Of a stretch of DNA of 64,000 nucleotides, positions 1 through 9,696 are shown piece after piece. The stretch is from an uncultured Clostridia bacterium (GTDB lineage Bacteria; Bacillota; Clostridia; Christensenellales; HGM11417). Position 1 is the stretch's first letter. Every line of letters begins with the position of its first letter. The translations under genes and the position numbers were made by a program. Where the stretch lies: positions 77,872-141,871 of the forward strand of contig CALVJY010000001.1 of assembly GCA_944332455.1 (NCBI GenBank), read 5' to 3'. The notes below the pieces were generated by a model. It was not told the origin of the DNA. It saw only the letters and a list, made by a program, of their open reading frames with translations, and made no database searches.

Positions 1-840
1 GTGATCCGAATTTTGGACCGGGCGGCTTTTGCCTTCACCCGGGAACTGCTGAACTTTACTCCCGAGGAAAACGTCTTCGTGGACCGGATGCTGGCCCAGC
101 CCCACGGCATCATTCTGATGACCGGCCCCACCGGCTGCGGCAAGTCCACCACCCTTTACTCCTTTCTGGAGGAGATCAACCAGCCCGGGGTCAACATCGT
201 CACCGTCGAGGACCCGGTGGAGTACACCATGCCCGGCATCAATCAGACTCAGGTCAACATCAAGGCCAACCTGACCTTTGCCTCGGCCCTCCGTTCCATC
301 CTCCGGCAGGACCCCAACGTCATCATGATCGGCGAGATCCGCGACGAGGAGACCGCCCAGATCGCCATCCGCGCCGCCATCACCGGACACCTGGTCTTTT
401 CCACCCTGCACACCAACGACGCCCCCGGCTCGGTCACCCGTCTGACCGACATGGGCGTGGAACCCTACCTTCTGGGCGACGCCCTGGTCGGGGTGATCTC
501 CCAGCGTCTGGTCAAAAGGCTCTGCCCGGCCTGCCGGCGGCGCTCCAAGGCCACCCCCCGGGAGATGGAGATCCTCAAGCTGACCGAGCCCACCCACATC
601 TACCGCCCCGTGGGCTGCCCCTTCTGCAACAACACCGGCTACCGCGGCCGGATCGCCGTGCACGAAGTCATGTACGCCGGCGAGGAGCTGCGGGCGGCCA
701 TCAACCACCGCGAGAGTTTGGAGACCATCCGCACCCTGGCCGCGCAGGGCGGCATGACCACCCTGTGGGAGTCCTGCCGGGACTACGTCCTGAAGGGCAT
801 CACCAGCCTGCCCGAGCTCATGCAGCTGGCCGTCGACTGA
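1..840 (+). CDS. pilB: GspE/PilB-family type IV pilus/T2SS assembly ATPase (5'-truncated by window)
   Basis: Walker A GPTGCGKST, TVEDPVEY, LRQDPNVIMIGEIRD, STLHTND, two CxxC Zn pairs. Confidence 0.88.
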   Translation: MIRILDRAAFAFTRELLNFTPEENVFVDRMLAQPHGIILMTGPTGCGKSTTLYSFLEEINQPGVNIVTVEDPVEYTMPGINQTQVNIKANLTFASALRSILRQDPNVIMIGEIRDEETAQIAIRAAITGHLVFSTLHTNDAPGSVTRLTDMGVEPYLLGDALVGVISQRLVKRLCPACRRRSKATPREMEILKLTEPTHIYRPVGCPFCNNTGYRGRIAVHEVMYAGEELRAAINHRESLETIRTLAAQGGMTTLWESCRDYVLKGITSLPELMQLAVD

Positions 841-1101
841 AGCCCGGCCGGAACTGCCGCGCGGGCTGACGAAGCCGAGACCGCCGCTCTTTGACAGTTG
901 AGGGCCGGCCGATCCGCTTCACCGGGACTTCCTGCCGGCCGCCTTTCGGAAAGATGAAAAGGCCGGGTCGCGGGCCGGAAAAGGCCGGAAAAGCCTCCCC
1001 CCACAAAGGGCTTTTGACCCGGCTCTGCTTTTTGCCATGGGACCGGCCCTGCAAAGAAATTTTTTTTCAAAGACTTACTTTCCCCTCTTTCGGAGATCGA
1101 T

Positions 1102-2046
1102 ATGAGTTATCCTTTCAAAACCGTACCCGTCATCAAGAACTACATCTGGGGCGGCCGCAAGCTGGCCGAGGTCTACGGCCGGAGATCTTCCGACCCCGTG
1201 CTGGCCGAAAGCTGGGAGCTTTCGGTCCATCGGGACGGGCCCTCCCGCATCGCGGGCGGGGACTTCGACGGCCGGCTGCTGTCCGAAGTGCTGGCCGAAC
1301 ATCCCGAATTTTTGGGAGCGCGGGCCGAGCTGCCCATTCTGGTCAAGCTGATCGACTCGGCCGACAACCTTTCGGTGCAGGTCCACCCCGACGACGCCTA
1401 TGCCCGGGCCCACGAGGGCGACAACGGCAAGACCGAAATGTGGTATATCCTGGACGCGGAGCCGGGCTGCGGCATCTACTGCGGGCTGAAGCGGGCGCTC
1501 ACCCGGGAGGAACTGGCCGCCAGGGTCGCGGATCAGACCATCGAAGAGGCCCTGAACTTCATCCCGGTCCAAAAAGGGGACTGTTACCTGATCGAGGCCG
1601 GTACCCTGCACGCCATCGGCAGGGGGCTGACCCTCTGCGAGATCCAGGAAAACAGCAACGTCACCTACCGGGTGTACGACTACGGCCGGGTGGGCAAGGA
1701 CGGAAAGCCCCGGGAACTGCACGTCCGGAAGGCCCTGGAAGTGGCCAGCCTTTCGGCCTTTTCCGATCCCACCGGGAAATATCCCCCCCAGCAGACCGAA
1801 TGGGGTACCCTGACCCTTCTGACGGACTGCCCCTACTTCAAGACCTCGAAGGCGGTCACCTCGGACGAGGCCTTTCTGACCGCCCCCGAGGAGAGTTTTC
1901 TGGCCCTGCACATCCTCGCCGGCGAGGGCGTGCTGGCCTCCCCCGAGCTCAGCCAGCCCTTCAAAAAGGGCGACACCTTCTTCCTCCCCGCGGGCGTGGG
2001 ATTCGTGCTCCCCGCCGGCACGGAGGCCCTGCTGATCACGGCCTGA
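1102..2046 (+). CDS. manA: Class I mannose-6-phosphate isomerase
   Basis: YIWGG, AESWE, LSVQVHPDD, GKTEMWY, GTLHAIG, EIQENSNVTYR motifs. Confidence 0.9.
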   Translation: MSYPFKTVPVIKNYIWGGRKLAEVYGRRSSDPVLAESWELSVHRDGPSRIAGGDFDGRLLSEVLAEHPEFLGARAELPILVKLIDSADNLSVQVHPDDAYARAHEGDNGKTEMWYILDAEPGCGIYCGLKRALTREELAARVADQTIEEALNFIPVQKGDCYLIEAGTLHAIGRGLTLCEIQENSNVTYRVYDYGRVGKDGKPRELHVRKALEVASLSAFSDPTGKYPPQQTEWGTLTLLTDCPYFKTSKAVTSDEAFLTAPEESFLALHILAGEGVLASPELSQPFKKGDTFFLPAGVGFVLPAGTEALLITA

Positions 2047-2147
2047 AAGACGAGCAACAGCGGGGACAGACGGTGTGTAAAGACCAATTCTTTTCATAAA
2101 AAAGCTGACTGAATTGCGGCGTTTCCTTCTGCTTTGACTCCCGTTGA

Positions 2148-2231
2148 AAATTGTATGCCGTTCGGATGTTCTTGCAAATTATATGCTGTTCGGCTGTTCT
2201 TGCAAATTATATGCCGTTCGGCTGTTCTTGC
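2148..2231. repeat. 3 x 28-bp tandem repeat (aaattRtatgcYgttcggMtgttcttgc)
   Basis: Units start at 2148, 2176 and 2204 with no spacers. Confidence 0.9.
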
Positions 2232-2362
2232 GCAAAAGACCGGAAGCCCTCGGGCTGTCCGGTCTTTTTCTATCTTTCCTTCTTCTCCATCGGGTTCAAA
2301 GACCTCTCCGGGCGGCCGCGGCTGCGGAGGCCACCGTTCCGGCTTTGCAAGCGGAGCGGCCT

Positions 2363-3934
2363 CTACCGGGGCGGCATCTGCGCCATGGTGAGCCTGACGC
2401 GGTCGGCGATGCTGACGCTGCCGACGCCGAACAAGGTCGTGTGCAGCGTGTCCCCGACCGGCCTTCTCCATTCCGCCGGGATCCCCCTCAGCCCCCGCGC
2501 CATTCCGATCACCGAGCCCACGGTGGCCCCGTTGCAGTCGGTGTCGAAGCCGGTCTCCACCGCCATGCAGACCGAGCGGCCGAAATCTCCGCCGCCATAG
2601 AGCAGCGCGGCCGCCACGATCATGGCGTTGGGGATGACATGGCACCACCCGTGCTCCGTGTACTCGTCAAAGCGGCTGTGGATCATGCCGAAGACCTCGG
2701 CCTGCGGCGCCCCGCGGCCAAAGGCGTCCAGCACCGCGTTCAGCCCTTCGGCCAGCCTGGAGGTCCGCGGGATCTGGGCCAGTCCGCAGCGGACGACGGT
2801 TTCGAGGTCTCCGACGGCAGCGGCCGCCGCCAGCATGGCCGCCGCGAACATCTCGCCGTAGATCCCGTTCTTGACGTGGGAGATCGAGGCGTCCCTTCGG
2901 GCCATCTCCGCCGCCGACTCGGGATCCCCGGGATTGATGTAGCCGAAGTAGTCTCCCCGGATCTGCGCCCCGATCCACTCCCGGTAGGGATTCTGGAAGA
3001 GCGCGGACTGTGGGGGCGCATAGCCCTTGATAAAGTTGCAGTAGGCCACCCGCTCGGCCGTGCAGTAGGCCTCCTTGTTCTGGTATTTCAGCCAGGCCGC
3101 CGCGACGTCGGCGGGCGTGAACGCCCTGCCGCAGGTGCGGACGACCTCCTGCGCCAGCACGACGTAGTTTGTGTCGTCGTCCGAGGGCATCCCGTCGATC
3201 TCGTCTGCGTAGCACCGTTCCGCAAAGGGATAGGAAAACCTGCCGAGCAGCGCCTCGGTCAGATCGCTCCGCAGGATATAGCGGCGCAGCGGCAGGTTGC
3301 CGGTGGCCCGCAGAAAGGGGATCATTTCGTTGGAGCGGATCCCCTCCACCGTCTTTCCCAACAGGCAGCCGCAGATCCGGCCCATCCAGGCGCCGCGGAT
3401 CTTGCTTTCGGAGGGCGCGCAGGGCCGGACCACGGGACCTTCGGGCCGGAGCTGACGGATCTCCTCGGGATCGTTCGGTTCCCGGTAGGGATAGTCCGCT
3501 CTCTGCTCCGCGCCGATGACCGTCTCGAACAGCACGTCCGCCAGCTTTTTCTTGATCTCTCCCTTGGGCAGCTTCGACACGGCGGCGAACACCTCCCCGT
3601 ACCGCTCGATCTCCAGCCCTTCCTCCGAACTCTGGCAGAATTCGGTCTGCAGGGCGGAAGCATAGAATTCCCAATCCGGAAGATCCTGCCAGCGGGGCCG
3701 GAGCCCCTCCCGGCCGGAAGTCTCCGAGGTCCTCCTGTCCCGGCCCAGGATCAGCTCGTCCAGCGACACGCCGAAATGATCGGCGATCTCCACCAGCTTT
3801 TTCAGTTCGGGCAGGGCGCGGCCGCTCTCCCATTTCTGGACGGCCTGCTGCGAGACCCCGAAGCGCTCCGAAAACTCTTCCTGGGTCCATTTCGCTTCGG
3901 TCCGAAGTCTTTGGATACTCTTGCTCAGATTCAT
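2363..3934 (-). CDS. XRE-family HTH fused to ADP-ribosylglycohydrolase domain
   Basis: N-terminal HTH_3 (WTQEEFSERFGVSQQAVQKWESG); ARH motifs GAWMGRICGCLLG, SDDDTNY, FDTDCNGATVGS. Confidence 0.85.
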   Translation of the reverse strand: MNLSKSIQRLRTEAKWTQEEFSERFGVSQQAVQKWESGRALPELKKLVEIADHFGVSLDELILGRDRRTSETSGREGLRPRWQDLPDWEFYASALQTEFCQSSEEGLEIERYGEVFAAVSKLPKGEIKKKLADVLFETVIGAEQRADYPYREPNDPEEIRQLRPEGPVVRPCAPSESKIRGAWMGRICGCLLGKTVEGIRSNEMIPFLRATGNLPLRRYILRSDLTEALLGRFSYPFAERCYADEIDGMPSDDDTNYVVLAQEVVRTCGRAFTPADVAAAWLKYQNKEAYCTAERVAYCNFIKGYAPPQSALFQNPYREWIGAQIRGDYFGYINPGDPESAAEMARRDASISHVKNGIYGEMFAAAMLAAAAAVGDLETVVRCGLAQIPRTSRLAEGLNAVLDAFGRGAPQAEVFGMIHSRFDEYTEHGWCHVIPNAMIVAAALLYGGGDFGRSVCMAVETGFDTDCNGATVGSVIGMARGLRGIPAEWRRPVGDTLHTTLFGVGSVSIADRVRLTMAQMPPR

Positions 3935-4215
3935 GCGACGCCTCCTTTTCTCCTCCTATTGTATCACAGCCCGGAGAAAAAGACAAGAAACCCGGGATTG
4001 TTTTTTTCACACCCGGCGGTTGTCTCCGGCAAGACCGGACCCGGCTGAGGACGGCTGCCGGGTCTTCTCCGGAAGCCGGACGATCCCGAAAAGAGGGCCT
4101 CACGTCGAAACGGGCAGACAAAATGCCGGTCGCCCCGGAGCAGCGCACCGCCTCTTGCAGGACGCCGCAGCCCCCATCAGGCGCGGATCCCCTCTTTGGA
4201 GCCGGCAACACATGG

Positions 4216-4253
4216 AAAAAGGACCGGAAAAGCTAAGCTTTCCGGTCCTTTTT
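4216..4253. terminator. Bidirectional intrinsic terminator after rplL
   Basis: aaaaaggaccggaaa-loop-tttccggtcctttt inverted repeat. Confidence 0.85.
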
Positions 4254-4271
4254 GATGGCTTTCAGCCGTAA

Positions 4272-4649
4272 TTACTTCATCTCGACGGTGGCGCCGGCCT
4301 CTTTCAGCTTGGCAACCATCTTCTCGGCCTCGTCCTTGGGCAGGCCTTCCTTCACGGTGCCGTTGGACTCGACCAGGTTCTTGGCCTCGACCAGGCCCAG
4401 ACCGGTCAGCTCGCGGACGGCCTTGATGACGTTGATCTTGCTGGCGCCGGGATCCTTCAGGACGACGGCGAACTCGGTCTGCTCCTCGGCAGCGGGAGCG
4501 GCGGCAGCGCCGGCAGCGGGAGCGGCAGCCACGGCCACGGGGGCGGCGGCGGAGACGCCGAACTCTTCCTCCAGCGCTTTGACCAGCTCGGAGAGCTCCA
4601 GCACGGTCAGACCCTTGATCTCTTCGATAAACTTTTGAATATCAGCCAT
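4272..4649 (-). CDS. rplL: 50S ribosomal protein L7/L12
   Basis: [43 protein letters not shown]. Confidence 0.98.
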   Translation of the reverse strand: MADIQKFIEEIKGLTVLELSELVKALEEEFGVSAAAPVAVAAAPAAGAAAAPAAEEQTEFAVVLKDPGASKINVIKAVRELTGLGLVEAKNLVESNGTVKEGLPKDEAEKMVAKLKEAGATVEMK

Positions 4650-4727
4650 TTCAGTGTTCCTCCAAAAAAATCTTATTTTGTGTTTGCCGCCCGGAAAGAG
4701 CGCGGCTCCTCTGCCCGAACCGGGCGA

Positions 4728-5270
4728 TCATTCGCTGGCCTTTTTGTCGGCTACGGCCTTGACGGCGTAGACGAAACTGCGCAGCGTGGCGGCCAGCACG
4801 CCCACAAACCCGGAGATCGGGGCGTTCATGCTGCCCAGCATCTTGGCCAGCAGCACTTCCTTGGAAGGCATGTCCGCCAGCGCCTTGACCATGTTGGCGT
4901 CCGCAAAGGCGCCGTCCACAAAGCCGCACTTGGCTTCGATCTTGCCGTTCAGCTTCTTGTTGGCCTCGGCCACGACCTTGGCGGCGCTGACTTCGTCGGC
5001 CTCGCAGAAGGCCACCGACGTGGTGCCGTTCAAAAACTCGTCGAACGCGGTCTGACCGATCTCGTTGAAGGCCCGCTTGATCAGGGTGTTCTTGTGGACC
5101 TTGTACTCCACGCCGGCCTTGCGGAACTGGTTGCGGAGCTCGGTGTCCTCGGCCACGGTCAGGCCCTTGTAGCTGACGATGATGACCGATTTGCAGGTCT
5201 TGAATTTTTCCACCAAAGAGGCGACCACATCCTGCTTGGCCAGTTTTGCCTTTGACATATGTTCTGCCAT
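4728..5270 (-). CDS. rplJ: 50S ribosomal protein L10
   Basis: YKGLTVAEDTELRNQFR, YKVHKNTL, PSKEVLLAKMLG; upstream of rplL. Confidence 0.97.
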   Translation of the reverse strand: MAEHMSKAKLAKQDVVASLVEKFKTCKSVIIVSYKGLTVAEDTELRNQFRKAGVEYKVHKNTLIKRAFNEIGQTAFDEFLNGTTSVAFCEADEVSAAKVVAEANKKLNGKIEAKCGFVDGAFADANMVKALADMPSKEVLLAKMLGSMNAPISGFVGVLAATLRSFVYAVKAVADKKASE

Positions 5271-5304
5271 TTCTTCACCTCCTTGTCAAAGTCCGGAAAA
5301 CTCC

Positions 5305-5432
5305 GGCAATAAAAAAGCTCTGTGCCAAAGCACGGCACAGAGCTACAGATCTTCGAAAAAAAATCCGTTCGTTCATGTACCTCGGCCGGCGGAGATCGCT
5401 TACGCCGCAGGGCGGCACCGGCTGTCTTTGGA
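5305..5432 (-). promoter_or_regulatory. L10 leader (autogenous attenuator) with terminator
   Basis: ccaaagacagccggtg...taa...ccggccgagg motif, then hairpin agctctgtgcc/ggcacagagc plus U tract before rplJ. Confidence 0.85.
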
Positions 5433-5455
5433 ACATTTCTCGTTTATGCGTCTCT

Positions 5456-5484
5456 ATTATACCCGATTTTTCCGGGTATGTCAA
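5456..5484 (-). promoter_or_regulatory. Sigma-A promoter of rplJL
   Basis: TTGACA-17-TATAAT. Confidence 0.85.
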
Positions 5485-5490
5485 GCGATT

Positions 5491-5519
5491 TAAGGCAGCA
5501 CCGCGAAGATCGCGCACGC
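5491..5519 (+). repeat. End fragment of the rod-shaped intergenic element family
   Basis: taaggcagcaccgcgaagatcgcgc matches the element A end taaggcagcaccgcatgaagattgtg. Confidence 0.6.
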
Positions 5520-5547
5520 CGCCCTCAGGCAGTCTCGGAAAAGAGCC

Positions 5548-6231
5548 TTAGTAGCGGTAGTTGACCCGGATGCCGGGGCCCATGGTCGAGGAGACGGCCA
5601 CGCTCTTGATGTAGGTGCCCTTGGCCGCCGAGGGTTTGGCCTTGACGATGGCCTCCATCAGCGCGTTGAAGTTCTCGGTGATCTTTTCGGGACCGAAGCT
5701 CTTCTTGCCGATGGGGCAGTGGATGATGGCCGTCTTGTCCAGCCTGTACTCCACCTTACCGGCTTTGACGTCGCTGACCGCTTTGGCCACGTCCATGGTC
5801 ACCGTGCCGGACTTGGGGTTGGGCATCAGACCCTTGGGGCCGAGCATCTTACCGATGCGGCCGACCAGACCCATCATGTCGGGAGTGGTGATGCAGACGT
5901 CAAAGTCGAACCAGTTGCCCTGGATCTTGGCGATCATGTCCTCGGCGCCCACATAGTCAGCGCCGGCCGCCTGGGCCTCGTCGGCCTTTTCGCCCTTGGC
6001 GATGACCAGCACGCGGACCTTTTTGCCGGTGCCGTTGGGCAGCACGACCACGCCGCGGACCTGCTGGTCGGCATGGCGGGGATCCACGCCCAGACGGACG
6101 TGCAGCTCCAACGTTTCGTCGAACTTGGCCTTGGCGGTGTCGATGGCCAGCTTGACGGCCTCGTCGGTCTCATACAGCTTGCCGCTCTCGATCTGCTTCT
6201 GGCTGTCGATATATTTCTTTCCGTGTTTCAT
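5548..6231 (-). CDS. rplA: 50S ribosomal protein L1
   Basis: [35 protein letters not shown]. Confidence 0.98.
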   Translation of the reverse strand: MKHGKKYIDSQKQIESGKLYETDEAVKLAIDTAKAKFDETLELHVRLGVDPRHADQQVRGVVVLPNGTGKKVRVLVIAKGEKADEAQAAGADYVGAEDMIAKIQGNWFDFDVCITTPDMMGLVGRIGKMLGPKGLMPNPKSGTVTMDVAKAVSDVKAGKVEYRLDKTAIIHCPIGKKSFGPEKITENFNALMEAIVKAKPSAAKGTYIKSVAVSSTMGPGIRVNYRY

Positions 6232-6244
6232 GAATAGACCTCCT

Positions 6245-6272
6245 GTGGTTCAAGCGAATAAAATTCTCCCAC
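6245..6272 (-). promoter_or_regulatory. Putative L1-binding site upstream of rplA
   Basis: gtgggag...accac stem directly before the rplA RBS. Confidence 0.65.
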
Positions 6273-6300
6273 GCAAAATGTTGGTTTGTCTTACGGCGCC

Positions 6301-6726
6301 TCAGTCGACCACCGTCACGCCCATGCTCCGCGCCGTTCCGGCCACCATGCTCATGGCGGCTTCCAAAGAGGCAGCGTTCAGATCGGGCATTTTGAGCTTG
6401 GCGATCTCCTCCACCTGGGCCTTGGTGATCTTGGCCACCTTGTCCTTGTTGGGCTTGGCCGAGCCGCTTTCGATCTTGCAGGCCCGTTTGATCAGCACCG
6501 GCGCCGGGGGCGTCTTTAAGATAAACGTGAAAGATCTGTCCTGATAGATGGTGATCACCACGGGGATGATCAGCCCTGCCTGGTCCGCGGTCTTGGCGTT
6601 GAATTCCTTGGTGAACCCGGGAATGTTGATGCCGTGCGGGCCGAGGGTGGAACCTACGGGCGGGCCCGGCGTCGCTTTGCCTGCGGGCAGTTGCAACTTG
6701 ACGATCGCAGTCACTTTTTTCGCCAT
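6301..6726 (-). CDS. rplK: 50S ribosomal protein L11
   Basis: [27 protein letters not shown]. Confidence 0.98.
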   Translation of the reverse strand: MAKKVTAIVKLQLPAGKATPGPPVGSTLGPHGINIPGFTKEFNAKTADQAGLIIPVVITIYQDRSFTFILKTPPAPVLIKRACKIESGSAKPNKDKVAKITKAQVEEIAKLKMPDLNAASLEAAMSMVAGTARSMGVTVVD

Positions 6727-6745
6727 TGTTTTGTCCTCCTAGATT

Positions 6746-6785
6746 GTGGTCCTTAGCGGAGCATTTGCAAATTTACTCCTCCCAC
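6746..6785 (-). promoter_or_regulatory. Putative L1-binding site upstream of rplK
   Basis: gtgggagg...gaccac stem before the rplK RBS. Confidence 0.7.
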
Positions 6786-6839
6786 CGAAAAAAAACGGGG
6801 TGACCCCCGATTTTTTACCTTTTGCCGTATGGCCGGATC

Positions 6840-7403
6840 TCAGTTTTCGCCGGAATCCAGCCCGCCGGCCATTTTTTCGAATTGCACAAACTCCAGATCC
6901 ACCGGCGTCTGGCGGCCGAACATCGAGACCATGACTTTGGCCTTCTGGTTTTTCAGGTCGATCTCCTCCACCGTGCCCACATAGTTTTCCAGCGGGCCGG
7001 AGACCACCCGAACGGTGTCTCCGATGGTAAAGTTGACTTCCTTGACCGTCTTTTCCAGCTGCATCCGCCGGACTTCCTCGTCGGTCAGGGGAAGGGGTCT
7101 CCCCCCCGGTCCCACGAACCCGGTCACGCCGCGGGTGTTGGTCACCATGTACCAGATGTGATTGGTGTAGATCAGCTTGATAAAGACGTAGCAGGGCAGC
7201 AGCTTTCTGGTCACCACCTTGCGCTTGCCGTTCTTTTCCTCGATGGTCTGTTCAGTCAGGATCTGGATGTCGGTGATGTAGTCCTCCAGGCTGTTGTTCT
7301 CCACCAGTTTTTCCAGGCTGTCCTTGACCATGTTTTCATAGCCGGAATAGGTATGCAGCACATACCACTTGGCCTGTTCCTTCGTCTCCATAGTCTCGCT
7401 CAC
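6840..7403 (-). CDS. nusG: Transcription termination/antitermination factor NusG
   Basis: WYVLHTYSGYE, NTRGVTGFVG, KOW domain, MFGRQTPV. Confidence 0.97.
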   Translation of the reverse strand: MSETMETKEQAKWYVLHTYSGYENMVKDSLEKLVENNSLEDYITDIQILTEQTIEEKNGKRKVVTRKLLPCYVFIKLIYTNHIWYMVTNTRGVTGFVGPGGRPLPLTDEEVRRMQLEKTVKEVNFTIGDTVRVVSGPLENYVGTVEEIDLKNQKAKVMVSMFGRQTPVDLEFVQFEKMAGGLDSGEN

Positions 7404-7404
7404 G

Positions 7405-7641
7405 TCAGGCGGTCACCAAAGACACCAGCCAGCCAAGCAGGGAGTCGACGCCCGTGATGAGCACCAGAAAGACCAGCACCACGGCGATGACCACACCGAG
7501 CTGTTTGAGCGTGGTGCCGAAGGTCGGCCAGGTCACCTTTTTCAGTTCGGAAAAGATTTCCTTGATCTTCCGCCCCATCCGCTTGAAGATATTTGGTTTT
7601 TTTGCCGCGTTCTTCTTGGCAGCGGCCTGTGTTTCCGCCAT
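7405..7641 (-). CDS. secE: Preprotein translocase subunit SecE
   Basis: ELKKVTWP plus one TM helix; RBS ggagg before the ATG at 7641. Confidence 0.93.
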   Translation of the reverse strand: MAETQAAAKKNAAKKPNIFKRMGRKIKEIFSELKKVTWPTFGTTLKQLGVVIAVVLVFLVLITGVDSLLGWLVSLVTA

Positions 7642-7730
7642 GTGGATACCTCCGTCGCCGGCTTGTCCGGCACAAAGCGCCCCCCTTCGGGACGCCCCTC
7701 GGAACTGAATTTCCGAAAGGTCAAAAGAAC

Positions 7731-7880
7731 TTACTTGGACTCCTTGTGGATGGTGTGCTTCTTGCAGAATCTGCAGTACTTGGACAGCTCCATCCGGTCC
7801 GGATCGTTCTTTTTGTTCTTCATGGTGTCGTAATTTCTCTGCTTGCACTCGGTGCAGGCAAACGTGATCTTGGTACGCAT
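7731..7880 (-). CDS. rpmG: 50S ribosomal protein L33 (zinc-ribbon type), not in ORF track
   Basis: [49 protein letters not shown]. Confidence 0.96.
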   Translation of the reverse strand: MRTKITFACTECKQRNYDTMKNKKNDPDRMELSKYCRFCKKHTIHKESK

Positions 7881-7932
7881 GAGTCAAAAGATCCTTTCCA
7901 AAAAATTAACACCCCTTTCGAGATGCTATAAC

Positions 7933-7962
7933 ATTGTACCATATCCCGCCCCGGTTTGTCAA
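7933..7962 (-). promoter_or_regulatory. Sigma-A promoter of rpmG-secE-nusG
   Basis: TTGACA-18-TACAAT with extended TG. Confidence 0.75.
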
Positions 7963-8157
7963 CCCATTGGGAAGGTCTTTTCCGTAAAATTTGGACAAAT
8001 CTCCGATTATTTTTTCAAAATCCGCAAAAAATCCCCCGCCGGGCGGCCGTTTCCTCTTTTCCGGCAGGAAACGCTCCTCCCCCTCTGCCGCGCGGCACGG
8101 CCTCCGTTTCGGCCCTGATGCTCTCCCCGTCCCCCCGGGGACGCGGCAGCGGCGGGG

Positions 8158-9228
8158 CTAGACCAGCAGCTGGACGTTCTGGTACAGCTTTTCAAAGGTC
8201 TTTAAGATCTGCACCCGGGAGTCTCCCAGAAAAGAGATGCCCAGGCGCATCTTTTCCAGCCCTCCGACCTCGGGGAAGCGGATGCGGACCACCACTTCCA
8301 CCTTCTGAAACAGGTCGAACCAGTTCTTGCCCGAGAGGGCGCGCAGGCGGTGCCCCGAGGGCAGGAGCATTTCCGGAAAGTCGGCCTGCAAATATTTGTC
8401 CTCCCCGGCCTCCATGATCCGGAACCATCCCGAAAACAGTACGGTCTCCTCCTCCAGCCCGGCGCGGGCCTTCAGCACCTCGGCCCGGATGGGGGCCCGA
8501 AGCAGAGCGGACAGGGTGGCCGGGGTGTCCCCCAGCAGAAAGAGGGAAAAGCCGAAACACTCCTCCCCCGCGTTGTAAAAGCTGAACACGTAGGGCCGGT
8601 CCGGGCGCAGCCGTCCCCCGAAACTGCCCTCGATCAGGCGGTGACGGACGGGCTCGGCCTTCCACTTGGCGCTCCGGAAAAAATAGTCGGCCGTAAAGCC
8701 GGGAAAGGAGGTCCGCTCGTCGAAGCGGGCCCTGGCGAAGGCGGGATCCAGCCCCAGCAGCTTGAGGATCTGGACCAGCCTGGCCTCCTCGGAGGGATAG
8801 CGGCGGGTGAAGACCTTGAAGTCCTCGGGCTTGTCGAAACAGGGCGTCCAGAATTCCGGATCGGCGGGCTGTTTTTCAAAGCCGAAGGCGGCGTGCGAAA
8901 CGTAATCGCTCTCGGCCCCCACGTCCGAAAAGCTGAGGCAGAGCACGTTGCTGTCGATGAGGGAAAACCGCAGGCAGGTCCCCCGCTGCGGCAGAAAGAC
9001 CTGCGAGGCCGACTTGAGCTCTTTTAAGCTGGTGCCCTCCAGATTTTTGTCCAGGATGTACAGCCAGCCGTCCTCCTCCCTGCCGGCCACCGCGAAGGAG
9101 AGGTCGCACTCCCACTCGTAGCAGGGCTCATAGCCCAGAAGGGACAGATCTCTGAGCAGGTTTTCCAGCACCGCGGAGGTGCGCTTTTCGCCCTTCCAAA
9201 GGGCCACGCCGCCGGAATAGATCCCCAA
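8158..9228 (-). CDS. Hypothetical protein (356 aa)
   Basis: Long ORF, TTG start behind aggagg, own promoter; no recognisable family. Confidence 0.7.
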   Translation of the reverse strand: MGIYSGGVALWKGEKRTSAVLENLLRDLSLLGYEPCYEWECDLSFAVAGREEDGWLYILDKNLEGTSLKELKSASQVFLPQRGTCLRFSLIDSNVLCLSFSDVGAESDYVSHAAFGFEKQPADPEFWTPCFDKPEDFKVFTRRYPSEEARLVQILKLLGLDPAFARARFDERTSFPGFTADYFFRSAKWKAEPVRHRLIEGSFGGRLRPDRPYVFSFYNAGEECFGFSLFLLGDTPATLSALLRAPIRAEVLKARAGLEEETVLFSGWFRIMEAGEDKYLQADFPEMLLPSGHRLRALSGKNWFDLFQKVEVVVRIRFPEVGGLEKMRLGISFLGDSRVQILKTFEKLYQNVQLLV

Positions 9229-9313
9229 TCTTCTGTCCTCCTTTCCCCCGCGGGGTTTTTTCGGATTTGTCCGCCGCCCTGTCAGAGCGGCGGGACCTTT
9301 CTTCTTTTTCCTT

Positions 9314-9342
9314 ATTATAATCTTTTTTCTGTTTTTTGTCAA
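9314..9342 (-). promoter_or_regulatory. Sigma-A promoter of the hypothetical gene
   Basis: TTGACA-17-TATAAT. Confidence 0.8.
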
Positions 9343-9696
9343 TATTTTGCCCGGGGCCTCCCCCTCCCGGCGCAAAAAAACCGCGCCCGGAGATCGCTTC
9401 CCCGCGCGCGGTCAAAAACTTTTTATCATTCGGACCGTCTGATCTTTAAAAACAAGACGGGGTCGGACGCGGACAGAGCCCCCCCGCCTGCTTCGGCTGC
9501 ACGGGCCTTCCCCTTTCAGAAATACCCGGCGCGAGCGCGTCCTTCCCGCATTCGGACAGGCCTTTCGGAAGAAGGGGACAAAAAAAGCCTTTTACGCTCG
9601 TGATCGACCTCGGCCGACATCTTTTCAAAAAGAGAAAAAGTCCCCGGAACAGCTTTTGTTCCGGGGACATACGATGGGATACGGGATCCCTGATGC

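Noticed and set aside
2148-2231. Possible CRISPR array
   Set aside because: The repeats are contiguous with no spacers and there are no cas genes; the same applies to the repeats at 21797, 27124 and 33025.
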